Source: Vitrella brassicaformis CCMP3155 (Eukaryota > Protista > Chromerida). From it: a stretch of DNA of 37,613 bases. Below, piece after piece: positions 12,072 to 22,430 of the stretch. Numbering within the stretch: the stretch's first letter is position 1; every line of letters begins with the position of its first letter. Position numbers and translations under genes: made by a program. The notes below the pieces were generated by a model. That model was not told where the DNA came from. It ran no database searches and saw only the letters and a list, made by a program, of their open reading frames with translations. The DNA is taken from contig CDMY01000641.1 in NCBI GenBank assembly GCA_001179505.1, forward strand, positions 1 through 37,613. Direction: 5' to 3'.

Positions 12072-12641
12072 CGGCATGGCTGTGTGTGTGTGTGAGACGG
12101 GTGTGGTGCATACCTAGTTGGGCGATAGCGTCTGCCTGCTCGTCGATGTCGGCCTCGACCATGGCGAGGACGGCCTGCTGGTCTTTGAGGTGCTGCTGGT
12201 CGCGCAGCGTGTAGCGAGTGATGTACTGCAGATTGCGAAAGATCTCCTCCTCGTTGACCATCGAAAACTGAACACACAACACAACACATCCATCCACAGT
12301 CACACTGCCAGCCATCCATCCACTGCCATTCTGGTGTGCTGTACTTGGTTGATCTTTGCCAGCTCGTTCTTGAGAATCCGTTGGAAGGTGAGCTCTGGCC
12401 TGTCACCGGTCATGCGCAGCTCCTGCAAGGCATCGTACCGGACGTGCATGAGTTGCTGCTCGTCCTCATCGGGCGGGAAGAGCTCATCCACAAGGTGGTC
12501 CGTCCCCTCGGTGGGGAGTGGGCGGACTGATCTGGGGTCGGAGAGGTAGGCCTGCTTGATGAACTCCTTGATGTCGGCGTAGGCCACGTAGTACTGACGG
12601 AATTTGGGATGCGCCTGCCCCAAGATGGAGCCGAACACCAT
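8307..12641 (-). CDS. VTC4: SPX-VTC-DUF202 vacuolar transporter chaperone / polyphosphate polymerase (Vtc4-like)
   Basis: SPX start MVFGSILGQAHPKFRQYYVAYADIKEFIK; VTC motifs FERKTTKYW, SSVYFDN, RFRWYG, IFVERKTHHE, YRSAYQ, VRISLDENL, FPYAVLEVKLQ, KFSKYQHG; membrane part RVEPKAFFAAERTFL...RFDSAYGP. Last exon boundary (8307) uncertain; Vtc2 versus Vtc4 orthology not tested. Confidence 0.88.
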
Positions 12642-12769
12642 GATTGTCGATGGATGAGTAGATGAACCGTCAGCGGAGCTTCACACAGCCTGCCGTGGAG
12701 ATCTTCGCCATTTTCGCTCATTAGCTCGCACCTCGAGAATTCTCGACGAGAGCTCGACGGATTCGGTTC

Positions 12770-15700
12770 ATGCTTTCCTTTTTTTTGCCCATGACAGATC
12801 CCCGCGCTATTCTGCTCTCCCCTTCCTCGCAGAATGCTGCTGGGTCACGTCGCATTAATCCCTTCCCGCATCCAGACCCAACTCGGATGAAATTGCCGCA
12901 GGAGGACCTACTCTGCACATTCAACAACGTCCAGTCGTACCATCGGCCTCAGGACGTCCAGTTCTTCAGCCGTCCAGCCATCCCGTCATCCGCTGCCACG
13001 CCACAATCGTCTTTCGGCAACAGTGGTCAAGACGTCAACCATCCCATCGACGTCGAACTCAGAACTAGGCGGTGGAGAGAGGGGAACGGGCCAGTGGGTG
13101 CGGGTCATACTGTGGTGCGTTGCGATGGTTTGTATGCAGATCCCACTGTGTGGAAGCGCTGCTACCGTTCCGGGTGCTGCGGCTTTTGCATGTGGGCCGT
13201 GGCCATCATGTTCTGCTGGGCGTCATCTCTCCAACGCCCGTGTGCCTGGCGACGTTGGTGGGCGTTGCGAGTTGGTCGCATTCCTCAAGGTCCATGGCCG
13301 GCGTGTTTGTGTGGTCGCCCCCTCTCTCTCTCCCTTGCCAGGTGTCACAGGGGGGAGCCGTGGCCACTGCAAGGTAGACAGACAGACAGACTGACAGACG
13401 GACGGGGGACGGCACTCTCTCTGTCAATTAACATTTTCTGCTGCAGGTCCACCGTCATGGACAACCCAACGCTCCAGAAGTTCCGCACCGCGAAGTGCAT
13501 GAACCACCAGTCGGGCGGATGTACCTATTCCTCGTAGGCACACACTCCCCAGACACATGACTGACATGAGTTCCTATGTGTGTGATGGATGGATGCCTCA
13601 GCTGCCAGTGGAAGGCACGGAGGAGCCAAAGCCATCTTCGGCCTCTCCAGTCTTCACACACGAACCCGACTCGCGGTACAACACACACAGACAGACAGAC
13701 ACACACACACAGAGAGAGAGAAAGAGAGAGAGAACTGCGCGGAGTGCACACCCGCCAAGGTACCAGAGGGATTGATTGTGTCGATTGTTTCATCAGCAGC
13801 TCAGCTCTTCAAGGGGCGGCGCCTCTTCCGCCTTCGCAGGTGAGTGTCACTGAGTGACTGAGTGACTGAGTGAGTGAGTGAGTGAGGCAGCGGACGGGCA
13901 GCCAGAGAACCAAACGATGGGTCAAGGTGCATGGCTGGCGTGTGGTTTGTGTGGTTTCCCTCTCTCTATCTCCCTTGCCAGATCGCCGCACCGGGCGGCG
14001 CCATGATGTCGGGCCGCAGGTAAACAGACAGACAGACAGACTGACGGACTGACGGAGGAGGGCACTCATCGATGGCACTGTGCCCCTCTCTCTCTGTCAA
14101 TTAACATTTTCTGCTGCAGCTTCACCGTGATGGACGACGACTCGCTAAACAAGTTCCGCACCGCGAGGTGCATGCACCTGCGGTCGCCGGGCGGATGTCC
14201 CTTCTACTTTGAGGGCAAGTGCAAGTTTTCACACGACACAGACGTGCGCCGACGGCCCCTCCTCCATCTGGATCTACATCGCCCCGTCATGAAGTACTGC
14301 AACTATCCGTGTCCCGAGGTCGAGCAGCATCGCCCATGCAGCGAGGGCAGTCGCTGCCCGTTCGCCCACACACAGGGTGAGTGAGCCATGGGTGCAGCCA
14401 CTTGGTTGACAGACACACGGAGGGTGGAGGGGGGGAATGTGTGGGAGGGGGGGCAAAGGGGGGGAGGTGTGTCGCGTACACCAGTGGGTGGATTGTGTGT
14501 GTGTGTGTGTGTGTTTGTGTGTGTGTGGTATGTCAGCGGAGATTGACTACCATCCATGTTCTTACAAGACCAAGCCCTGTTCCGCCGGAGTTCGCTGCAC
14601 CACGCCGTACTGTCCATTCTACCACACCATGGCCGACCAGAGTGAGATCAATCAGCATTCATTCATTCATTGTCTGTCTGTCTGTCGCTCATGCCATCCG
14701 TCCGTCCATATATGCTGCAGGGCTGAGCCGGCCCTGCAAGCTGGTGCCGACCTCCCCGAACATCTGGTTCCCGTCCGGCGGAGCCTTGGCTGCATCATGC
14801 TGGACAACACGGTGCGCGCCGCACCAGGTGCGGCGGCCACGGCCATCCCCCCTCCCCCCCCGGGAGACCCGCCCTCCCTCGACCAAACCGCACCCAACTC
14901 TGTGCCATCCGGCGCGGCAAACGCCGATACCGCCGCCGCCGACCGCGAGTGGGCGAGGTTCATACCCACAGGGGCCCGGCTGTCGCCCATTTCGCCCGCC
15001 GCAGCCACGCTCACACCGCCGTCCACCACTGACGTGGGTGGGGCGCGGCTCGAGCAGCAGCAGCAGCAGCAGCAGAGGGCCGAACAAGGTCCGGCAGAAT
15101 TCATCCATCCATCCATCCATGTGTTGGTTGCCATGGCTGGCTCTCTTTGTGTGTGTATGTCCGATAAGGCGATTCTTCGTCGTCTTCGGGGTCGGCCGAG
15201 CACTTCGAGACGACTGATGACACAGTGGGTAACTCACTGACTGACTGACTCACCCACCACTCAACGCATTCGTTTGTTTCGATGTGGATGTCTGTCTCTC
15301 TCTCTGTGGCTCCTTCCATCCAGGACTTCTTCGAGTGTGAAGACGCGCTGGTGGGGACTCTTCGGGCTCTCAAGGGTACGTAGGTGGACCGAACGGACAC
15401 GGGGGAGGGAGGTGCCTGCCAGGGATGGAGCGGCGAGCGACTGCCTGCCTGCCTGACTGTGTGCGTGTGTATGGTTTGTTGTGCGCAGTGCTTTTGCAGA
15501 AGTGCCACACCTTGGCGAACGAGGCCAGCTGGTCGGGACCCTAAACACAGACAGACACGATCAGACAGACGTCGTCATGTGTGTGCTGGCTGATGCGTGT
15601 AGTGTCATGTGTGTGACCTCCGTTCGTGCAGTCTCGCGGCGAGCAGCAGTCTGCCCGGCCGTCGACAATTCACCGAGGAGATCAACGCCGTCACAGGTAC

Positions 15701-15975
15701 GTGTTTGTGTAACCGATACAGCAACCAACTCACACACACACACACACACGTTGCTGCATGGGTCTCTCTCTCTCTCTCTCGTGAGTGCAGCATCACTATC
15801 ATGTGCTCAGAAGGGCCTGGCCGCCGCGGCGGACAGCGTCGGAGCCGCCCGGCAGCACCGCCGGGGCCTGGGCGGTCAAGTCGGGCGTTGCAGCTGTCGC
15901 TGTTGTCTTGGGTATTCCGTGGTGCTGGTGATCATTCTGGTGCTGGTGGGGTTCGGCATGTACCTATGGGCCTGA
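12770..15975 (+). CDS. Unkempt-like tandem CCCH zinc-finger protein with poly-Q linker and predicted C-terminal tail anchor
   Basis: Exons 14120-14376 and 14537-14641 give KFRTARC...C...CKFSH...RRRP...YCNYPC...C...CPFAHTQAEIDYHPCSYKTKPC...C...CPFYH, resembling Unkempt ZnF1-3. A truncated first copy lies at 13447-13533. Later exons give a Pro/Ala linker, EQQQQQQQ and CSCRCCLGYSVVLVIILVLVGFGMYLWA*. The splice phase at 14641/14721 is unresolved. Confidence 0.7.
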
Positions 15976-16213
15976 TAGATGGACGAGCGGGATGCCGAGC
16001 GGGGAGGCGGGCGGCTGGGCAAGCCACTGCGGCCGTATTACATGTAAGGCCGCAGTGGCTGAGCCGACGGACAGTCAGTGCAAGCGATAGAGGGAGGGAG
16101 GGAGGGAGGGGCCGGAGGTAAACAGACAGACAGACTGACGGACTGACGGAGGAGGGCACTCATCGATGGCACTGTGCCCCTCTCTCTCTGTCAATTAACA
16201 TTTTCTGCTGCAG

Positions 16214-16950
16214 CTTCACCGTGATGGAGGACGCAACGCTCCAGCAGTTCCGCACCGAGTGGTGCATGCATCTGCGGTCGCCGGGCGGATGCCCCTTTCA
16301 AGGCAAGTGCAAGTTTGCCCACGCCGCCGACGCGCTGCGACGACGGCCCCTCCTCCATCTGGATCTACATCGCCCCGTCATGAAGTACTGCCCAGTGCCG
16401 TGTCCCGAGCTCGACGAGGAGCGCCGCTCTTGCAAGCGTGGAGAGAGCTGCCCATTTGCGCACACGCAAGGTGAGTGGGCCATCGGTGCAGCCACTTGGT
16501 TGACAGACACACGGAGGGTGGAGGGGGGAGTGTGTGGAAGGGGGGGCAAAGGGGGGGAGGTGTGTCGCGTACACCAGTGGGTGGAGTGTGTGTGTGTGTG
16601 TTTGTGTGTGTGTTTGTGTGTGTGTGGTATGTCAGCGGAGGTTTTGTATCACCCTTTTGTGTACAAGACCAAGCCCTGTTCCGCCGGAGTTCGATGCACC
16701 ACGTCTCACTGTCCATTCTTCCACAGCATGGCCGACAAGAGTGAGATCAATCAGCATTCATTCATTCATTGTCTGTCTGTCTGTCGCTCATGCCATCCGT
16801 CCGTCCATATCTGCTGCAGGGTCCGGGCGTGAGGGCAGGCTGTCAGAAGCCAGACTTCCCCTCCGAATTGGTCTCCGTCCTGCGGAGCCTTGACGGCGTC
16901 ATCCTGGACAGTACGGTGCGGGCCGCGCCAGATGCGACGGCCGCCCCTCC

Positions 16951-16986
<36 letters not shown>

Positions 16987-17107
16987 TGTGCCATCCGGCC
17001 GGTCAGCACCCACCCTCATAGCCACCCTCCGCGAACGCGGCCAACATCCACACCGGCACATTCCAGCTGCAGGGAGTCCACGAGAGGGCCGGAGGGGGCG
17101 TGCATGA
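16214..17107 (+). CDS. Second full Unkempt-like CCCH module (separate paralogue or further exon block)
   Basis: Exons 16214-16470 and 16636-16740 are paralogous to 14120-14641 (QFRTEWCMHLRSPGGCPF...YHPFVYKTKPC); downstream LDSTVRAAP matches LDNTVRAAP; 33-C run at 16952-16984. First ATG at 16224. Confidence 0.65.
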
Positions 17108-17415
17108 GGGTGAGGGGGAGGTGGGCGCTGTCGTGGGCGCGCCCCGCATACCCACAAACAGGTGCGTGTGTGCCATACATACATACCCACATACCCCACC
17201 TACCAGGCTGTGTGCGTGTGGCTTGCTTGTGTGTCAATCAATCGATCGATCAATCAGCTGTTCGGAGGGGAGAGTTGCGGCCAAGGGTTCCTCGTCAACC
17301 ATGGACACAGTCGGGTGAGCACACACACACACACACAACACATGCGTCCGTGTGTTGTGTATGTGTGTCTCCTTCTCTGTTTCTTCCCCTATCTGCTCTG
17401 CCCTATTTACCTCAG

Positions 17416-17582
17416 TCGTGAAGAACGATATCAAGGCCGAGAACGTCACTCGAGACCCCCAGGGGCAGCTGAGGCTGATCGACTTGGGCTTGGCCAAGGC
17501 ACAGGGCCTCCCCGACGACCCAAGTGATCATGAGATGGTGAGCCGAGGCAACGGAAAAGGGATAAACACGCGCCTCCATCCA

Positions 17583-17622
<40 letters not shown>

Positions 17623-17925
17623 TGTGTGTCTTCAGCCACGCGGCCGACAGAGTTGCGACTGAAGATGCGCCTTTACGGAACGAAGAGGAATGTGTAGGCC
17701 TTTAGCCAGATGGCCTTCCAGCTCCGGAGCGGCTTCTTCCCCTTCGTCAAGTGGGCGAATGCCAACGGCATCCACACCAACGGCACCGACACGGGTGCGC
17801 TGTGGGGCATGGGGGAAGCTGCGTGGAAGACGGATTTCAATCGTTGCCTGCATCTTATATTCGTCTTGTCTTCTGCCCCCTTGACGCATGAGCGAGTATG
17901 TTTGCAAGCGATTTCTCGCCATTGA
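17416..17925 (+). pseudogene. Protein kinase relic (subdomains VIb-VII plus a possible IX-like piece)
   Basis: Exon 17416-17537 reads VVKNDIKAENVTRDPQGQLRLIDLGLAK (HRDxKxxN and DFG equivalents); LRSGFFPF follows at about 17720. No N-lobe or APE motif seen. Confidence 0.6.
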
Positions 17926-18057
17926 CTTGATTCACATCAAACCGTCGGTCAATGATCGAGTCAGTCGACACAGACACGAACTCGTACAAGCACAGACAAA
18001 AAGGGCACACACACACTCATTCACATGCAGCCTTCCTGTCAGCCACTCAGTCAGTCC

Positions 18058-19175
18058 TCATCTGGGCCCCACAGCCTGTCCACCTGAGCATCCATCCATC
18101 CATCCAAAGCAGTCCTGCCTACACATCCGTGTGTGTGTCCATGTGTGGCTTGTGTGCCTTGCTAGCTGGCTGACCAGGTAATCTGCCACTTGGTCGATGT
18201 TCCTTGCGATGGCTGACATCTGGTCGCCGTCATAGCCCATCCCCGTGTAGAAGTCCATCCAGTAACCCTGGATGCGCCTGCACACCCCCAGCACACACGC
18301 ACCACACAACGAGAGAAGAAGAAGCAGATGGATGCATGGATGCATCGTCCATGGTTATGCCATCGCCTCACCGACCTGTCGCCAATGGCTGCGCGTGCTG
18401 ACTGCATTTTCCCCCTCAGATTAGACCCATACAGCCCCATCAGTCCCAATGTCTTGAGAATCTTGGCCGTCCGCCTCGCCACCATCAAAGCGCTCGCACC
18501 CTCACCCGGGCCAGACCTCTCACGCGCCACCGCACTCGCAGACGACATAATCAAATCTGACGACATACAATCACAAACACATCAGGGAAGCATGTCGGCC
18601 TGGGTTCACTCACTTTTGATGAGTATCTCTGATGTGTGTGGGTCGCCCTCGACGAGTGCACGCGCCAGTGGCTGCGGCACGTCGTCCCAGTCGGGTGTCC
18701 TCAGGTTGGCGTCGGAGAGGTACGACGCCAGGAAGCCGCGCGTGCCGCCGTGTGTTGAGAGGCATTCCACAAGGGCTTCCTCGATAGAGGGGTCGGAGGG
18801 GTTGGCCTCGAGCCTCGCACACAGAGCTGGAGCTGACGAAAGAGCCGCCTGCAGCCATAGCATGGCAAGCACCCATCCATCCATCCATCCATCCATCCAT
18901 CACACGAACACACACAAATGGATGCAACGCACTTACACAAACAGCCATTCATATTTTGGCTTGCTGACCTTAAAGTCGTCTTCTCGCGTTGATCTCTGCG
19001 TGCCGTCGTTCTCGGCAAGCGACAGCTGGGTGTAGGACAGCGGCCTCCTGGAAGCAGGAGCATTGTGCGGCGCAAGAGATGGCGTTGAGGGGATGAATGA
19101 GAGGGTCAGCAGAGGGGAGGAGGAGAGGCACAGGAGAGCAGCGAGCGTCCAGCTGCAGGGGAGAGCTGATGGCAT
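18058..19175 (-). CDS. Probable plastid-targeted conserved hypothetical protein
   Basis: ATG 19175: signal-like MPSALPCSWTLAALLCLSSSPLLTLS followed by Phe and a Ser/Pro/Arg-rich transit-like stretch (FIPSTPSLAPHNAPASRRPLS); spliced mature part GGTRGFLASYLSD...EILIK|NLIMSSASA...RRTAKIL...DFYTGMGYDGDQMSAI. 3' end uncertain. Confidence 0.6.
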
Positions 19176-19560
19176 GGTTGACAGTGCTGTTGAAAAGAGA
19201 GTAATGGATCTGGGGAAGATGCGGCAATTCCAGGCCAATGATGAGCTCCCGAGGAGCTCCAGCAGCGGTTTCAGGGAGCACCCTAGGCGGCCTGGCGGCC
19301 AAGTCCCCTGTCGGTCTGTCCAACATGAAAACACGCACCCTAACATGCAACCCGGACACGCAACACGCAGCACGCAGAGGGGAGATGCAGCAAGCTCAAA
19401 TGCGAGCTTGTACTCGGAGATCGCCTCCACCGTTTCCTCCCGTTCTCCGAGCGCTTCAGGCGTTCCTGCTGACTATCACGCCGGTGGTCCAGAGGTGCGT
19501 CGAAAGAGAAGTCTTTCACATCTTTCCCAGGTGCATGCACTCTTTTTGCCTTCCGTGCAG

Positions 19561-20840
19561 ATGTCTGACTCTCTGCCGGTCACGGCGCCTCGTCTGACGG
19601 GCATTGCCAGCCAGCCCAGCCCGTCGGCGATGACATCGTCGGTTTCACCATTGAGGCCATCAAAGAGAGCGGCACGCTTCGGCTCATCAGCAAACACGAC
19701 TTCCCAGCTGCCGCCTTCTTCCAGCGATGGATTGATGAGAGGCACCCGGCGGCTCTCCGCGCATTCATCGTCTTCGACGTGCGCTGCGAGACCAACATCC
19801 TGTTCGTGGCGATGTGCCTCGTTAGGGATGGCGGCAGGTGGGACGACTGGCCTGACTATCTGAGCGTGCTGTCTGGTGCGCGTGAGGTGACTCTGCCGAT
19901 CCGTATCACCGATGCCGACGTGGAGCTGCTGCGCGACTCAATGCCCCACCTTGTCCGGCGGCTTAAGATGAGTGACCGAGACAATCGCGACAGCGCTCAG
20001 CACTAGTGGCTGCAGCCGCGCTTTGGCCCCAACGTCCGGCGCATCATCATCCCTCAGGATGAACAGCGGCAGGCGACGAGGCCACGCAACGGCATCGGAC
20101 GGCCGCCGCGATTCGTGACGGAGGGAACATTGTTCTTTGTCTACAACAACAAGTACGGCCGCGACATTCTGCTTCGCGATTTTACCTGCCGTCAGTCGAT
20201 CCGCGTGGGACTCCGATTCTCATTCCGCAGCCCCCCTTCGCCCCCGCTCAACGGTGTCTATCTGAGTGTAATGCGGTTCCTCGCCAACCAGGCGCGACCC
20301 CTCACACCCACTTACGCTGCGCAGCTTGAAAGGCCACCAGCTTTGACCCAATACGGCGCCGCGGCGAGTGAGTCGATGCCGTTCGTCTTCGTGCTGCGTG
20401 AGGGCTTCGATGGTCCTCCCTGCGTCGTGTCCCTTCGCAAGGAGTTCCGAATATCCCCGCCCACTGGCGCCTCCAGCGCCCTCGATATGGTCATGACGAG
20501 CCTGATCAGCCCCCAGCAGTGGCAAGGCAGCCGTGTCGATACCCCCCGCGAGGTCGACAGAGACCACCTCCCCTTCGTCACACCGACCACGATGGTGGCC
20601 CATGCCGGGGCCGTGCCTGACGGTGTGGAGCGCATCGCCTCGCCAGATGGGGCCGGGGCGAGTGTGGCGGCCGTCTTGTCGTTCATCGGCGAGCAGCTCA
20701 ACACCAACGGCCGTCGGCTGGTGCATCGGGGCGTGACGGACCTGCTGACATTCGTCGATCAGCTGGGAGGGGGTTTTCCGGAGGACAACGTGACGGTGGA
20801 GAAGTGCTTTCTGCTGTACAGGCCGGAGGCGATCCAATGA
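19561..20840 (+). pseudogene. Intronless lineage-expanded family member, disrupted
   Basis: One frame is open from 19569 to TGA 20840 except for an in-frame TAG at 20004-20006 (...SAQH*WLQPRFG...). The ATG at 19561 is in another frame. Shares flanking motifs with the 23528 gene. Confidence 0.55.
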
Positions 20841-22430
20841 GGGGGCAGGGTGCGGTGGGGTGGGAGGGGCCTTGATGATCGGTTTTGTTGCCCGTTTGTT
20901 TCCCTGTTGCTGCTGGTCTGTGGCTGCTGATCGACTTGGCGTTTGGGTGGGCATCATGCTTGGATGGAATCATGAAATCAATGATGATGCTTTCATTGGG
21001 GAATGGTTGACACATAAATGGATCGATGCCTGTCAGCTCAAATGCGTATCCATCCCCCCCCATGCATTGACAGCAAAGAAGCCTTACAATGAATGCATCA
21101 TGAACGACAACACACTCACAGATACGAGCGGATTGCTCTCGTTGCTGCCAATGTTGCCGGCACGCACAGATGGACCACATACACGCCCTGCACACACGCA
21201 TGCATCATTTGAGCCATTTGTGGCGACTCAAACAAATCACGCCACACCACACCACACCACACAGACAGACGGAAGAAACCATTCACCGCCTCATTTGCAC
21301 GCTTCATTGCTCGTCAGGCAGGGAATGGCCACACGCGACGCACAGTGAGAGAGAGAAGAAGAAGGAAGAGAGAGACGCACTACAGAAGCTCATATCAAGA
21401 AAGGCAAACGGACGTCCTCACTTCAACACATCAATCCCTCCCCCTGTCGCCATCTACATTCGATCGTACACACTCTACACGGCTAACTAGGCCGCACAGT
21501 TTGTCAAAAGCACCGGCTTGTCGTTCCAAGTCACCGGCTGGTTGTTCAGCAACGCCGACCTGTCCTGCCCTCCATACGAAGAGGACGCCTTGGTGTCCGA
21601 TCCGCCATTAGTCGTGGTCTCCTGGTCGGTCGTGGCTGGCTGCTCCATCTCCACCACGGTGTCTGAGTTGGCCGCTGAGGGGGCGGCAGCCGTCGTGGTG
21701 CTGACGGCCAGCAGCTTGGTCTTGGGTGCGAGGGAGGCCACAGCCTCTATGAAGCGGATCGTCATGTTGTTGCTCTTGCCGGTATTGGCCGTGTACCTGC
21801 AGAAGCCGATGGAAAGGAACCTAGATACCAACCAAGTACACCGTGCATGGCCATGTGTACCTGCCACTGATGTGCGAGTGCTCGCGGTTATCGAAGCGGC
21901 CGGTGACGTCCACGTGAAGGTCGCCGGTGATGGCCTTCTCACCCCACGACAGCTCCAGGGTCGTCGTGTTGTAGAAGCCCTCCACCTTGAAGGCTCCGTC
22001 TTTGTCGATTCCCTCGCCGTTTACCGTGCCGTCGTACTCGAATGCGAGCATATATTTGGTCGTCCAGCTCTGGTCGTCCTCGATGTACCTGCCGACCCAC
22101 TGGCCAGACGGAGGGGGCGTGGCGGTCGATTTGGGCTTGATACGCTCCTTCCGGTTGTTGGCGGCGAGACTGTCTGCCGTGGACGATAGACACCCGACGA
22201 GGCAAGCGAAGAGGCAGACGAAGCCTAAAACGCCGCCGATGATGCCAGCAACCACGGCGCCAGACGCGCCGTCACCACCACCACCTCCTCCGCCGCCAAC
22301 AAACCCGCCTCCACCACCACCTCCACCGCCCCCTCCGCCGCCACCCTTCAATCTGCGGCCCTCAGCATCGACGAGAGCCGGGATGGCCGACAAGAGCACC
22401 GCAGCGGCCAGCACCGACACCGGAGGACGG

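Noticed and set aside
13374-16820. Regularly recurring repeats as a CRISPR-like array
   Set aside because: The repeats are duplicated spliceosomal introns between coding exons; there is no repeat-spacer periodicity and no cas gene.
16952-16984. 33-C homopolymer as a functional poly-Pro or G-quadruplex element
   Set aside because: Homopolymer length is unreliable in assemblies and the paralogue has only a short Pro run.
17258-17314. VAAK as the kinase subdomain II lysine motif
   Set aside because: The donor at 17315 joins a different frame (PRQPWTQS) to the NDIKAEN exon, so VAAK is out of frame.
20004-20006. TAG readthrough or genetic-code reassignment
   Set aside because: Other genes here end normally in TAG, TAA or TGA; a nonsense mutation or base error is simpler.
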